Below are positions 11,232 to 26,874 of a DNA stretch of 64,000 bases, one piece after another. The notes under the pieces are model-generated. The model saw only the letters and a program-made list of their open reading frames with translations. It made no database searches and had not been told where the DNA came from. Position 1 is the stretch's first letter. Each line of letters opens with the position of its first letter. Both the position numbers and the translations under genes were made by a program. This stretch comes from Octopus sinensis (lineage: Eukaryota): NCBI RefSeq assembly GCF_006345805.1, contig NC_043025.1, positions 12,276,001-12,340,000 on the forward strand, written 5' to 3'.

Positions 11232-11420
11232 AATAGTTAAAAATATTTTCTTAGTATATAATGGTAGTAAGTTTTACATCATCTGAATAGTCATTAGTTG
11301 AACTATTAGTACTCTTGCATTGTGGGGGGTATCGGAGCATTTGAGTGACATTAGACCCCAACAAACGCCCATAAATTAAATACCTCTATCTGGGCCATGA
11401 TCGGGGCCTGTCGACCTGTG

Positions 11421-12180
11421 TGTGGAAGCACTCCGTCGGTTACGACGATGAGGGTTCCGGTTGATCCGAATCAACGGAACAGCCTGCTCGTGAAATTAAC
11501 GTGCAAGTGGCTGAGCACTCCACAGACACGTGTACCCTTAACGTAGTTCTCGGGGATATTCAGCGTGACACAGAGAGTGACAAGGCCGGCCCTTTGAAAT
11601 ACAGGTACAAAAATTGTCGAAGGGTCTTTCTTGGGCTTCAAAGTAAGGGATAAGAGAAAATATGACGTGGACGAACATAAGGTTTGGTGTCAGCAAGAGC
11701 ACCCAGGTATATATGATATTAACAATATTATATACCTAGGATATCCAGGCCTATGATAAACATCACTTCTTTGAGTTTGAAGACCTTTAGGAAGAATGGC
11801 ATTCCCTCAAGAGGCTATGGATGGTTACGACGACGAGGGTTCCGGTTGATCCGAATCAACGGAACAGCCTGCTCGTGAAATTAACGTGTAAGTGGCTGAG
11901 CACTCCACAGACACGTGTACCCTTAACGTAGTTCTCGGGGATATTCAGCGTGACACAGAGAGTGACAAGGCCGGCCCTTTGAAATACAGGTACAACAGAA
12001 ACAGGAAGTAAGAGTGAGAGAAAGTTGTGGTGGAAGAGTACAGCAGGGATCACCACCATCCCCTGCCGGAGCCTCGTGGAGCTTTAGGTGTTTTTCGCTC
12101 AATAAACACTCACAACGCCCGGTCTGGGAATCGAAACCGCGAGTCCGCTGCCCTAACCACTGGGCCATTGCGCCTCCACT
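11421..12180 (-). mobile_element. tRNA(Arg)-derived SINE (family B): full copy, ~215-bp unrelated segment and second partial copy inside one 13-bp TSD
   Basis: Head GGAGGCGCAATGGCCCAGTGGTTAGGGCAGCGGACTCGCG on the minus strand; TSD CTGTCGACCTGTG at 11408-11420 and 12181-12193. Confidence 0.8.
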
Positions 12181-12464
12181 CTGTCGACCTGTGCCCGAAG
12201 GACACGATCGTAGCCCGTTGCCCTTTATTTGTTAATAAGGCAGAAAGCTGGCAAAATTGTCAGCGCGCTGATAGAAATGTTTAACAGTATTTCGTCTGTC
12301 TTTACGTTATGAGTTCACATTCCGCTAAGGTCAACTTTGCCTTTTCATCCTTTCGGGGATCGATAAAATAAGTACCAGTTATTGAACACTGTCAATATGT
12401 GACTGACGCCCAAGATCGCGGCCCGTCGCGCTTTATATGTTAAGAGGCAGAGAGAAATAAGGTT

Positions 12465-13490
<1,026 letters not shown>

Positions 13491-13514
13491 CACAAATCAT
13501 AAAGAATTCGTGGT

Positions 13515-13536
13515 TTACGCGCGAAAAAGGTGAGTA
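13515..13536 (+). promoter_or_regulatory. Candidate first-exon splice donor of ZNF2 with an adjacent E2F-like CGCGCGAAAA motif
   Basis: TTTACGCGCGAAAAAG|GTGAGT with GT at 13530-13531. It pairs with a plausible acceptor TTTCAG| at 16771-16773. Inference only. Confidence 0.3.
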
Positions 13537-13929
13537 AGCAAAGATCTAACTATAAGGGTCACTAGAAACGATGTTTCTCGGGGCTAAAACAACACTAACG
13601 TCGTCCCTTTCGGGTCAGCCGCATTATGATACGAAACCAAACATTTCAGTTTAGGAAATTTCATCAGGAAATTCTGGGGGAAGCACTTTTCTCAGAATTT
13701 ACCGCATTATCGGATCTTTTCCGTTTGAGCGGCACTTTGTAAGATAATCTCTTGAAGATAAAAGACAAGAAGACGACGAGAAAATGGATTTATTTCCGAT
13801 GTTGTAATGGGCTTTTAATGGGTATACTACTTGAAAACAGCGGTCCCCGGTGCGCGCACTCGCGTACTCGCGCTAGCTAGCTAGTCGTGACTAGTCGATC
13901 CTTACTTTGTGTTTTTGTGTTATTTACTT

Positions 13930-14152
13930 ACTCTTTACTCTCTTTTCTCTCTTTTACTCGTTTCAGTCATTTGACTGCGGCCATGCTGGAGCACCGCCTT
14001 TAATCGAGCAACTCGATCCTGGGACTTATTCTTTTGTAAGCCCAGTACTTATTCTATCGGTCTCTCTTTTGCCGAGCCGCTAAGTAACGGGGACATAAAC
14101 ACACCAGCATCGGTTGTCAAACAATGCTAGGGGGACAAACACAGACACACAA

Positions 14153-14206
<54 letters not shown>

Positions 14207-14342
14207 GACGGGCTTCTTTCAGTTTCCCTCTACTAAATCCACTCACAAGGCAATGGTAAGCCCGAGGCTATGGTAGAAGACACTTGCCCAAGGTGCCACA
14301 CAGTGGGACTGAACCCGGAACCATGTGGTTGGTTAGCAAGCT
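13930..14342 (-). mobile_element. tRNA-derived SINE family A inserted in the first (partial) Mutator-like copy
   Basis: Reverse-complement SINE tail CTCTTTTACTCGTTTCAGTCATTTGACTGCGG through to the head. Confidence 0.85.
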
Positions 14343-14410
14343 AAGAAATTATTTACTTTCTGCTTTATTTACGTTGCTAGGGTAGTCATTGTTGTAATGG
14401 GCTTTTAATG

Positions 14411-14645
14411 AGTACTACTTGAGAAAAGCGGTCCCCGGTGCGTGCACTCGCGTACTCGCGCTAGCTAGTCGTGACTAGTCGATCCTTACGTTGTATTTTC
14501 GTGTTATTTACTTTGTGTAAAAAAAAATTTTTTATTTTGTGTTTTATTTACGTTGCTAGGTAATCGTTGTAGGATCGACTAGTCACGACTAGCTTGCGCG
14601 TGTACGCGAGTGCGCGCACAGGGACCCCTGTTCTCAAGTAGTACC
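14411..14645. mobile_element. Mutator-like foldback MITE with ~75-bp TIRs and a 9-bp TSD
   Basis: Termini (G/A)GTACTACTTGAG...GATCCT / AGGATC...CTCAAGTAGTACC; TSD CTTTTAATG at 14402-14410 and 14646-14654. Solo left arms start at 13821, 21405 and 25720. Confidence 0.8.
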
Positions 14646-14661
14646 CTTTTAATGTCTCATG

Positions 14662-14902
14662 CAGTGCTTTTCAAACATTTTGCTGGAGCGGAACCCCAAG
14701 GAAACATTCCACTGGCTCGAGGAACCCCTGTGCAATAATTTACTAGTCTTATGCACAAATATCTGCACAGGAAAATTAAAATTTACTGTTGATTTTAGCA
14801 GTTTTGTAACTTCTTGCGGAACCACTGGACTGTACTGACGGAACCCTAAGGTTCTGCGGAACCCCTGGACTGTACTGGCGGAACCCTGGTTGAAAACCAC
14901 TG
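14662..14902 (-). mobile_element. hAT (Buster-like) MITE
   Basis: TIRs CAGTGCTTTTCAAAC / GGTTGAAAACCACTG; TSD GTCTCATG / GTCTAATG (one mismatch). Confidence 0.88.
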
Positions 14903-14935
14903 GTCTAATGTAACTTCGAAGGTTTTCGCGTTAAA

Positions 14936-15740
14936 GCGCTTCTTTAGAAACGCACCTCTCCAAGAAAATGACGCCTGAAAATGGGAAATATATCCAAGAT
15001 AATATATTGTTTATATTCGCGAGTGTCATTGTTTAGTATAAAATATTTTACTCTTTTACTTGTTTCAGTCATTTGACCGCGGCCATGCTGGAGCACCGCC
15101 TTTTAGTCGAGCAAATCGACCCCGGGACTTATTCTTTTGTAAGCCCAGTACTTATTCTCTCGGTTCTCTTTTGCCGAACCGCTAAGTGACGGGGACGTAA
15201 GCACACCAGCATCGGTTGTCAAGCAATGCTAGGGGGACAAACACAGACACACACACACACACACACGCATATATATATATAAATACGACAGGCTTCTTTC
15301 AGTTTCCGTCTACCAAATCCACTCACAAGGCATTGGTCAGCCCGGGGCTATAGCAGAAGACACTTGCCCAAGATGTCGCGCAGTGGGACTGAACCAGGAA
15401 CCATGTGGTTGGTAAGAAAGCTACTTACCACACAGCCACTCCTGCACCTATACATATATACAACAGGCTTCTTTCAGTTTCCGTCTACCAAATCCACTCA
15501 CAAGGCATTGGTCAGCCCAAGATGCCACGCAGTGGGACTGAACCCGGAACCATGTGGTTAGTTAGCAAGCTACTTACCCCACAGCCACTCCTGCGCCTGT
15601 TTAGTATAAAATATTTAAAAATAGATGAATCTTCATAATTTTTTGCATATTTATTTTGGATATATTTCCCATTTTCCTAACTTTTTTTTTTTTACAATTA
15701 AGCGGGATTTTCTAGGAAAGGTGTGATTCTAAAGAAGCAC
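14936..15740 (+). mobile_element. MITE (TIR GCGCTTCTTTAGAAACGCACCTCTCCAAGAAAAT) interrupted by a family-A SINE (15049-15598, minus) with an 18-bp TSD
   Basis: TIR at both ends; TSD GTTTAGTATAAAATATTT at 15031-15048 and 15599-15616. Confidence 0.8.
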
Positions 15741-15788
15741 TTGCATTAATTCTGTTAATTGCGTAAATATTATTATTATTAAAGTAAA

Positions 15789-16565
<777 letters not shown>

Positions 16566-17139
16566 CAGTTTTTTAACATAATTTTTAGGTAACTAAACAC
16601 TTTTAAACTTTGTATACTGGTAGAATGTGTTCATAAAACATCTTTTTCTCTTGGCTTTATTGAGAAAATTCTATAGTTTCTAAGATATTTGTTGTTTAAT
16701 TTCTTGCATTTCGGCAATTTCAACCAATTTCTATGTCTCCTCCCTGATTGACTCAGTTTCTCTGATATTTCAGATAACCAGAAGACATTGGCAGCAAAGA
16801 ATACTTCAGTGGTCAGAATCGACGTTTGCCATCTTTCAAAGATTAAAGGAGAACATCACAGGGAACAGATATCACACAGAATATGTAAACACATGGTGGA
16901 ATTACTGTGGAATATTTCTTCCGAGTAAGACTGTTAGCGAAATATCTCTACTTCTTCACTGTCTGGAATGTTTTGAAGATGATATGGTATTCTAATTAAA
17001 CTTGGATGACAAAGGAGTTTGAGGCATCTTCAGATAACAGAAGATTCAGGAAATATAAAGGGAATAAATATTTGTTAATGAAAACAAAATTTAGTTCGGA
17101 AAAAGTAAAATATCTGAATATTGTGGTAAGAGGAAGAAA

Positions 17140-18306
<1,167 letters not shown>

Positions 18307-18670
18307 TCTCTATATATATAAACGGCAAAATGTCTGTCTGTGTGTGTGTGTGTGTGCGCATGTCCTTTATGAAAATCCACAATTTTTCAGTTAGAGGGCT
18401 CGCACTTTCTATGATCATTCAAAACTGTACAAGGGTGGTCGTGCACATCTTTACATTTCCCCAGTCTCCCCACAAAGCCATTAAATATATATATAACCGG
18501 CAAAATGTCCGTGTGTCTGCGTGCGTGTCCTTTATACAAATCCACAATTCTTCAGTTAGAGGGCTCGCACTTTCTATGGTCATTCAAAACTATCCAAGGG
18601 TGGTCGTGCACATCTTTACATTTCCCCAGTCACCCCGCAAAGCCATTAAATATATATATAAATGGCAAAA

Positions 18671-18706
<36 letters not shown>

Positions 18707-19028
18707 TTATACAAATCCACAATTTTTCAGTTAAAGGGCTCGCACTCTCTATGGTCATTCAAAACCATCCAAGGGTGGTCGTGCACATCTTTACATTTCC
18801 CCAGTCACCCCACAAACCCATTAAAAAATCAACAGAAGTGACCTTTTTGTGAATTTTCTATCCAAAACCCAATCAAAATGCCCGAAACTTGATACGCCAA
18901 TTGAATGCCATCTAGCTGTATGTGATTGGTTGGAGATTTGGATAGTACTCGCGTGTATGTGCGCACGCACGCAGCTGTATATGCATGCACTAGCATTATG
19001 ACCCGGTGTTGCCGGGTCATAGTGCTAG
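18307..19028 (+). mobile_element. Non-autonomous Helitron with three internal ~170-bp tandem units
   Basis: 5' TC(TC)TATATATATAA; 3' hairpin GACCCGG-TGTTG-CCGGGTC followed by CTAG (19025-19028); A|T insertion site with no TSD. Confidence 0.8.
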
Positions 19029-19116
19029 TCTATAATAAATCATTCTCTCAAAATGGTAACTTAGTTATACATAAGTACATTCATACAGGGGAGAAGCCAT
19101 ATCACTGTGATAAATA
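19029..19116 (+). pseudogene. Isolated ZNF finger remnant
   Basis: NKSFSQNGNLVIHKYIHTGEKPYHCDK*. Confidence 0.8.
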
Positions 19117-19891
19117 ATTTCTGCACATCATCATCATCGTTTAATGTCCACTTTGCTAGCATGTGTTGGATGATTTGACTGAGGACTGGCGAACCAGATG
19201 GCTGCATCAGACTCCAGTCTTGATCTGGCAGAGTTTCTACAGCTGGATGCCCTTCCTAATGCCAACCACTCCGAGAGATGTTAAATGGAGACAAACTGCA
19301 ATAAAAGGTTTTACTTGAAGTTGCTGATATTTTAATCGAAATAAAATCTCATCTTTTTGATTGTAAATTGTCTTTAGGTTATCACTTTCACACACACACA
19401 CACACGTAAATATATACTCTGTGAAATATTTGATTTAACTGAATTTCTTTGTAATTTTAAACTTTTAGTGTTTAAATTGGCCATATCCGGCCCAAATATT
19501 TTAAATGTTTTATATTCAACCTGGTGATATCTAGCCTCTCACACTTAACCTACATTGACATTCTAAAAATAAAACAATCACATCATTGAAACCTCAAAGC
19601 TATGAGATAATGCAGGATTAATTCAAAACAAGGCCAGATCCAGCCTCTCACACCTACCCTACAATGTCATTCTAAAAATAAACAATCACATCATTTTACT
19701 TGTTTCAGTCATTTGACTGCGGCCATGCTGGAGCACCGCCTTTTTAGTCGAGCAAATCGACCCCGGGACTTATTCTTTGTAAGCACAGTACTTATTCTAT
19801 CGGTCACCTTTTGCCGAACCGCTAAGTAACAGGAACGTAAACACACCAGCATCGGTTGTCAAGCGATGTTGGGGGGACAAACACAAACACA

Positions 19892-19931
<40 letters not shown>

Positions 19932-21099
19932 TATATATGTATATACATATATACGACAGGCTTCTTTCAGTCTCCGTCTACCAAATCCACTCACAAGACT
20001 TTGGTCGGCCCGGGGCTATAGCAGAAGACACTTGCCCAAGATGCCACGCAGTGGGACTGAACCCGGAACCATGTGGTTGGTTAGCAAGCTACTTACTACA
20101 CAGCCACTCCTGCCATATAAGAAATTAAATATTAAAATGTTTTGTTTTCAGAATATTATTATTTCTTTTTCCAAGTAAAGAATAACATATTTTACAGATT
20201 TCATCAATCTAAGAAAGAAATGTAAAGAATATAGGCACAGGAGTGGCTGTGTGGTAAGTAGCTTGTTTACCAACCACATGGTTCCGGGTTCAGTCCCACT
20301 GCGTGGCATCTTGGGCAAGTGTCTTCTGCTATAGCCCCGGGCCGACCAATGCCTTATGAGTGGATTTGGTAGACGGAAACTGAGAGAAGCCCGTCGTATA
20401 TATATATATATATATATAGGCGCAGGAGTGGCTGTGTGGTAAGTAGCTTGTTTACCAACCACATGGTTCCGGGTTCAGTCCCACTGCGTGGCATCTTGGG
20501 CAAGTGTCTGCTACTATAGCCCTGGGCCGACCAATGCCTTGTGAGTGGATTTGGTAGACGGAAACTGAAAGAAGCCTGTCGTATATATATATATATATAT
20601 GTGTGTGTATATGTTTGTGTGTCTGTGTTTGTCCCCCTAGCATTGCTTGACAACCGATGCTGGTGTGTTTACTTACCCGTCACTTAGCAGTTCGGCAAAA
20701 GAGACTGATAGAATAAGTACTGGGCTTACAAAGAATAAGTCCCGGGGTCGATTTGCTCGACTAAAGGCGGTGCTCCAGCATGGCCGCAGTCAAATGACTG
20801 AAACAAGTAAGAAAAAAAAATTACCATCTTTGAAAGCTTAAGGGAAGTCTTTTTTATACAGAAGAGACTGAACATTGAAATATATTTGATATACATTTAT
20901 ATAATCTGTGTGTGTGTGTGTAAATATGTATGTATATATATATGTGTGTGTGTGTATATATATATATATGTGTGTGTGTGTATACAGACGTGTATCCTGG
21001 AAATACACACATATATATATATATATATGCTTTCGAAATCCACCCAAACTACACCTGATTATACATACACTTTAGACGAGTTGTAGTGCACCTGAGCAC

Positions 21100-21134
<35 letters not shown>

Positions 21135-21966
21135 TACGATGGGCTTCTTTCAGTTTCCGTCTACCAAATCCACTCACAAGGCTTTGGTCGGCCCGAGGCT
21201 ATAGAAGAAGACACTTGCCCAAGACACAATGCTTTAATTTTATTATTATTATTATTATTAATGAATGACGTGTATTCAGCTGAATAAAATTACTGCCGTT
21301 GTTCCGGTGGTGTATATATTTCGTTTGTCTCTGTTATTTATGACATATTTCATCTCAGTTACGTTTGTATGAATAAGCGAGTCTATCTGAAGCAGGTGTA
21401 CTTCGGTACTACTTGAGAACAGTGGTCCCGGTGCGCGCACTCGCGTACCCACGCATCCGCGGCCAGCTAGTCATGACTAGTCGATCCTTACTTTGTTTAA
21501 AAAATGATTTACTTTGTGTTTTTTACTTACTTTGTTTAACAAAACTTGGCGATTCTTTCGGTAAAAGCTTGAATCTTGTTCAGAAAGAATTTAGTTGTGA
21601 GCGAAGGCAAATAATTGGTCAAAGGGAAATAACTCCTTTGGCTTTAATTTAGCGAGAAAAGAAGGCGAGGTCGACTTTGCCTTTCATCCTTTCGGGGTCG
21701 ATAAATTAAGTACCAGTTACGCACTGGGGTCGATGTAATCGACTTAATACCTATGTCTGTCCTTGTTTGCCCCTTCTGTGTTTATCCCCTTGTGGGTAGT
21801 AAAGAAATAGGTATTTCGTCTGCCGTTGCGTTGTGAGTTCAAATTCCGCCGAGGCCGACTTTGCCTTTCATCCTTTCGGGGTCGATTAAATAAGTACCAG
21901 TTATGCACTGGAGTCGATATAATCGACTTAATCCCTATGTCTGTCCTTGTTTGTCCCCTCTATGTT

Positions 21967-22100
21967 TAAAAAAAAATTTACCATAATTTTTTTTACATTT
22001 TTAATGCATTTTTTTTGCTATTTTTTGGCTATAACTCTCTAAAAATGCTTATATAGTTATTTCCCTTACAAACCCGAGAAACGCCGGGCGATACTGCTAG
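21967..22100 (+). mobile_element. Helitron 3' end, followed directly by a decayed ZNF remnant (about 22101-22200)
   Basis: CCCGAGAAACGCCGGGCGATACTGCTAG|T; the same terminus occurs at 31645-31674 and 58937 (-). Confidence 0.7.
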
Positions 22101-24206
22101 TCTGTGATAATTCATTCCCCAAAAAGACAATTCATTACACAAGTAATGTGTTCATACAAGTGAGTAATTGTATCTGTATCATAATTCTTTCCATGAAGGT
22201 AATATCTTCTATAAGATTATCTTAGAAATAATAAAACATAACACACGTCCTGTTTGTGTCGCTAGTAGAATAAGACTACCGCAACGAACGGAGTGGGAAG
22301 GAATAACAGCCAGATGCTAAATGCAGACAAACTGCAGTAAAAGCTTTTGTTTGAAGTTGCTGATATTTTAATTGGAATAAAATTTCATCTTTTTGATTGT
22401 AAATTGTATTTAGTTTATCATTTTCACACACACACACACACACGTAAATATATACTCTCTTTACTCTTTTACTTGTTTCAGTCATTTGACTGCGGCCATG
22501 CTGGAGCACCGCCTTTTTAGTCGAGCAAATCGACCCTGGGACTTATTCTTTTTGTAAGCCCAATACTTATTCTATCGGTTCTGTTTTTGCCGAACGGCTA
22601 AGTGACGGGGACCTAAACACACCAGCATCGGTTGTCAGGCAATGCTAGGGGGACAAACACACACACACACATATATATATACATACATATATACGACAGG
22701 CTTCTTTCAGTTTCCGTCTACCAGATCCACTCACAAGGCATTGGTTGGCCCTTGGCTATAGCAGAAGACACTTGCCCAAGGTGCCACGCAGTGGGACTGA
22801 ACCCGGAACCATGTGGTTGGTTAGCAAGCTACTTACCACACAGCCACTCCTGCCATATAAGAAATTAAATATTAAAATGTTTTGTTTTCAGAATATTATT
22901 ATTTCTTTTTCCAAGTAAAGAATAACATATTTTACAGATTTCATCAATCTAAGAAAGAAATGTAAAGAATATAGGCACAGGAGTGGCTGTGTGGTAAGTA
23001 GCTTGCTAACCACCCACATGGTTCCGGGTTCAGTCCCACTGCGTGGCATCTTGGGCAAGTGTCTTCTGCTATAGCCCCGGGCCGACCAATGCCTTGTGAG
23101 TGGATTTGGTAGACGGAAACTGAAAGAAGTCCATCGTATATATGTATATATATATATAGGTGTGTATATATATATATAAGCGCAGGAGTGGCTGTGTGGT
23201 AAGTAGCTTGTTTACCAACCACATGGTTCCAGGTTCAGTCTCACTGCGTGGCATCTTGGGCAAGTGTCTTCTGCTATAGCCCCTGAGTGGATTTGGTAGA
23301 CGGAAACTGAAAGAAGCCTGTCGTATATATGTATATATATATATATATATAAAAATGTGTATATGTTTGTGTGTCTGTGATTGTCCCCCTAGCATTGCTT
23401 GACAACTGATGCTGGTGTGTTTACTTCCCCGTAACTTAGCGGTTTGGCAAAAAGAGACCGATAGAATAAGTACTGGGCTTACAAAAGAATAAGTCCCGGG
23501 GTCGATGTGCTCGACTAAAGGCGGTGCTCCAGCATGGCTGCAGTCAAATAAGGGAAGTTTTTTTTATACAGAAGAGAAACCTGTGGAAGTGTTGCTGTGA
23601 AATATTTGATTTAACTGAATTTCTTTGTAATTTTAAACTTTTAGTGTTTAAATTGGCCATATCCGGCCCAAATATTTAAAATGTTTTATATTCAACCTGG
23701 TGATATCTAGCCTCTCACACTTAACCTACATTGACATTCTAAAAATAAAACAATCACATCATTGAAACCTCAAAGCTATGAGATAATGCAGGATTAATTC
23801 AAAACAAGGCCAGATCCAGCCTCTCACACCTACCCTACAATGTCATTCTAAAAATAAACAATCACATCATTTAAACCTCAAAGCTATGAGATAATGCATG
23901 ATTAATTCAAAACAATTTGAGTGGAAAAGTATTACATTTAACAGAGCAATCTGAATACTTAAAAGGGTTAAATGAAGTTTTTTATGCAGAAGAGATATCT
24001 TTACTCTCTTTTACTCTTTTATTTGTTTCAGTCATTTGACTGCGGCCATGCTGGAGCACCGCCTTTAGTCGAGCAAATCAACCCCAGGACTTATTCTTTT
24101 GTAAGCCCAGTACTTATTCTATCAGTCTCTTTTGCCGAACCGCTAAGAACGGGGATGTAAACACACCAGCATCGGTTGTCAAGCAATGCTAGGGGGACAA
24201 ACACAA

Positions 24207-24249
<43 letters not shown>

Positions 24250-24412
24250 TACGATGGGCTTCTTTCAGTTTCCGTCTACCAATCCACTCACAAGGCTTTG
24301 GTCGGCCCGAGGCTATAGCAGAAGACACTTGCCCAAGGTGCCACGTAGTGGGACTGAATCCGGAACCATGTGGTTGGTAAGCAAGCTACTTACCACACAG
24401 CCACTCCTGCGC

Positions 24413-24494
24413 CTATCTTTCTCTCAATTTAACAGTCTAACTCAACATAAATTTGCTCATACAGGAGAGAAGCAATATCACTGTGATATCTGTG
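24413..24494 (+). pseudogene. Isolated ZNF finger remnant fused to a CR1 fragment
   Basis: SFSQFNSLTQHKFAHTGEKQYHCDICE runs directly into ESVQRRATKRIP. Confidence 0.75.
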
Positions 24495-24870
24495 AATCTG
24501 TCCAGAGACGTGCAACCAAACGCATACCCTCCACCACACACCTACCATACTTTTAGTGCCTTGTTTCCCTGGGCATGGATTCACTGAAGCTTGGCAACGG
24601 ACTTGCTAAACACCCACAAAGTTATCAACCACCTCACCAACAACACCTTTTTGTTCTCCATATGTCCAACACACGTGGACATGCCTACAAAGTCAGAAAA
24701 CAGCTCCTTCCATGACTTTCGGAAACATTTTTTCACGCTCAGAGTTGCTGAAGCATGGAATAAACTCCCATGACACTGCATCCTTTAAGGCCCTCATGCT
24801 TTCCGAAATCCGCCGAAACTACACCTGATTATACATACACTTTAGATGAGTTGTACTGTACACAATGTTT
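24493..24870 (+). mobile_element. CR1-clade LINE 3' fragment (same family as 1-625)
   Basis: ESVQRRATKRIP, FFTLRVAEAWNKLP and the conserved 3' tail. Confidence 0.85.
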
Positions 24871-25247
24871 TATTATTATATATACACACATACTTGTATG
24901 TTTGTATGTGTATATAGAAAGAAGGAGAGGCAGAACTATAGATGTACAACATATGTTTCTACTATTTATGAAGAACTGCCTAACATATAAGACACTTTAT
25001 ATATACTTCACTGTATATTTTATTTCTTGAAATATATTTGATATACATTTATATAATCTGTGTGTAAATATGTATGTATATATATATATGTGTGTATACA
25101 TATGAGTATCCTGGAAATACACACACACACATATATATATATGCTTTCCGAAATCCGCCGAAACTACACCTGATTATATATACACTTTAGATGAGTTGTA
25201 GCGCACCTGAGCACTGTACACAATGTTTTATTATTATTATTATTATT

Positions 25248-25550
25248 CAGTAGTTTTATTTTTATAGCGTGCTTTCACTTCACTACCGAGCGCAGCTCTG
25301 TGTGCCTTGGGTATGTGCTGTGATTTGTTGTGATGCTCTGATGGTTATTGTATGGAAAGTGTTCTGCGTAGGATGTGTGCAGTGCCCAGTAGTGCAATTT
25401 TCTGTATGTTATATGTGTTTGTAAGTCCTGGTGTTTTTGTTATGTATTTGTCTGAATATTTTTTTATCATGCCTAATGCACCTACTATGATAGGAATTGT
25501 TTCTGTTTTCAGATTCCACATTCTAGTTACCTCTATTTCCAGGTCTTTGT
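25248..25550 (-). mobile_element. R4/Dong-type RLE non-LTR retrotransposon, 5'-truncated, inserted in a (TAA)n tract
   Basis: Minus frame KDLEIEVTRMWNLKTETIPIIVGALGMIKK...IQKIALLGTAHILRRTLSIQ*; (TAT)n on both sides; absent from the paralogous block at about 21240. Confidence 0.8.
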
Positions 25551-26874
25551 ATTATTATTATTATTATTATTATTAATGAATGACGTGTATTCAGCTGAAT
25601 AAAATTACTGCCGTTGTTCCGGTGGTGTATATATTTCGTTTGTCTCCGTTATTTATGACATATTTCATCTCAGTTACGTTTGTATGAATAAGCGAGTCTA
25701 TCTGAAGCAGGTGTACTTCGGTACTACTTGAGAACAGTGGTCCCGGTGCGCGCACTCGCGTACCCACGCATCCGCGGCCAGCTAGTCATGACTAGTCGAT
25801 CCTTACTTTGTGTAAAAAAATGATTTACTTTGTGTTTTTTACTTACTTTGTTTAACAAAAATTGGCGATTCTTTCAGTAAAAGCTTGAATCTAGTTCAGA
25901 AAGAATTTAGTTGTGAGCGAAGGTCAAAGGGAAATAACTCCTTTGGCTTTAATTTAGCGAGAAAAGAAGGCGAGGTCGACTTTGCCTTTCATCCTTTCGG
26001 GGTCGATAAATAAAGTATCAGCTACGCACTGGGGTCGATGTAATCGACTTAATCCCTTTGTCTGTCCTTGTTTGTCCCCTTTGTGTTTAGCCCCTTGTGG
26101 GTAATAAATAAATATATTATTTCAGCCTATTATATATATAATATATGTGTGTATATATGTATATATATGCAGAGAGTAATAGGTGAAAATAAAGAGAGAG
26201 ATATGGAGAAAGAGAAGAGAGAGGGGCGAAACGAAGAGAGAGAGAGAGAAATGAGAAATAGTCATATAGATATAAATACAAGCATTTCTGTCTTTCATCC
26301 TTTCGGGGTCGATTAAATAAGTACCAGTTACGCACTGAGGTCGATGTAATCGACTTAATCCCTTTGTCTGTCCTTGTTTGTCCCCCTCTGTGTTTAGCCC
26401 CTTGTGGGTAGTAAAGAAATAGGTATTTGGTCTGCCGTTACGTTCCGAGTTCAAATTCTGCCGAGGTCGACTTTGCCCTTCATCCTTTCGGGGTCGATTA
26501 AATAAGTACCAGTTACGCACTGAGGTCGATGTAATCGACTTAATACCTATGTCTGTCCTTGTTTGTCCCCTCTGTGTTTAGCCCCTTGTGGGTAGCAAAG
26601 AAATAGGTATAAATACACATATATACACTATGTCCACGTAACTTAGTGGTTCGGCAAAAGAGTCTGAATAAATAAGTACTAGGATTACAAAAGAATAGAC
26701 CCTGAGGCCGATTTCTTCGACTAAAACTTTTTAAGGTGTTGCTCCAGCACGGCCGCAGTCAGGTAATTGAAGCAAAGGAAAGAATGTAGCCATGTCTGCA
26801 CTTCCATCCATTTTTTCATAGTTCCATCCATCCACCCATCCATTCATTTCTTCAGCCTACTATTCCTAGAGGGT

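Larger units (their letters stand above)
19270..26110. repeat. Mosaic of local duplications interleaved with many family-A and family-C SINEs
   Basis: Paired unique blocks: 19277/22314, 19420/23596, 20106-20240/22845-22985, 20845/23550/25030 and 21030-21690/25143-25990. Confidence 0.8.
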
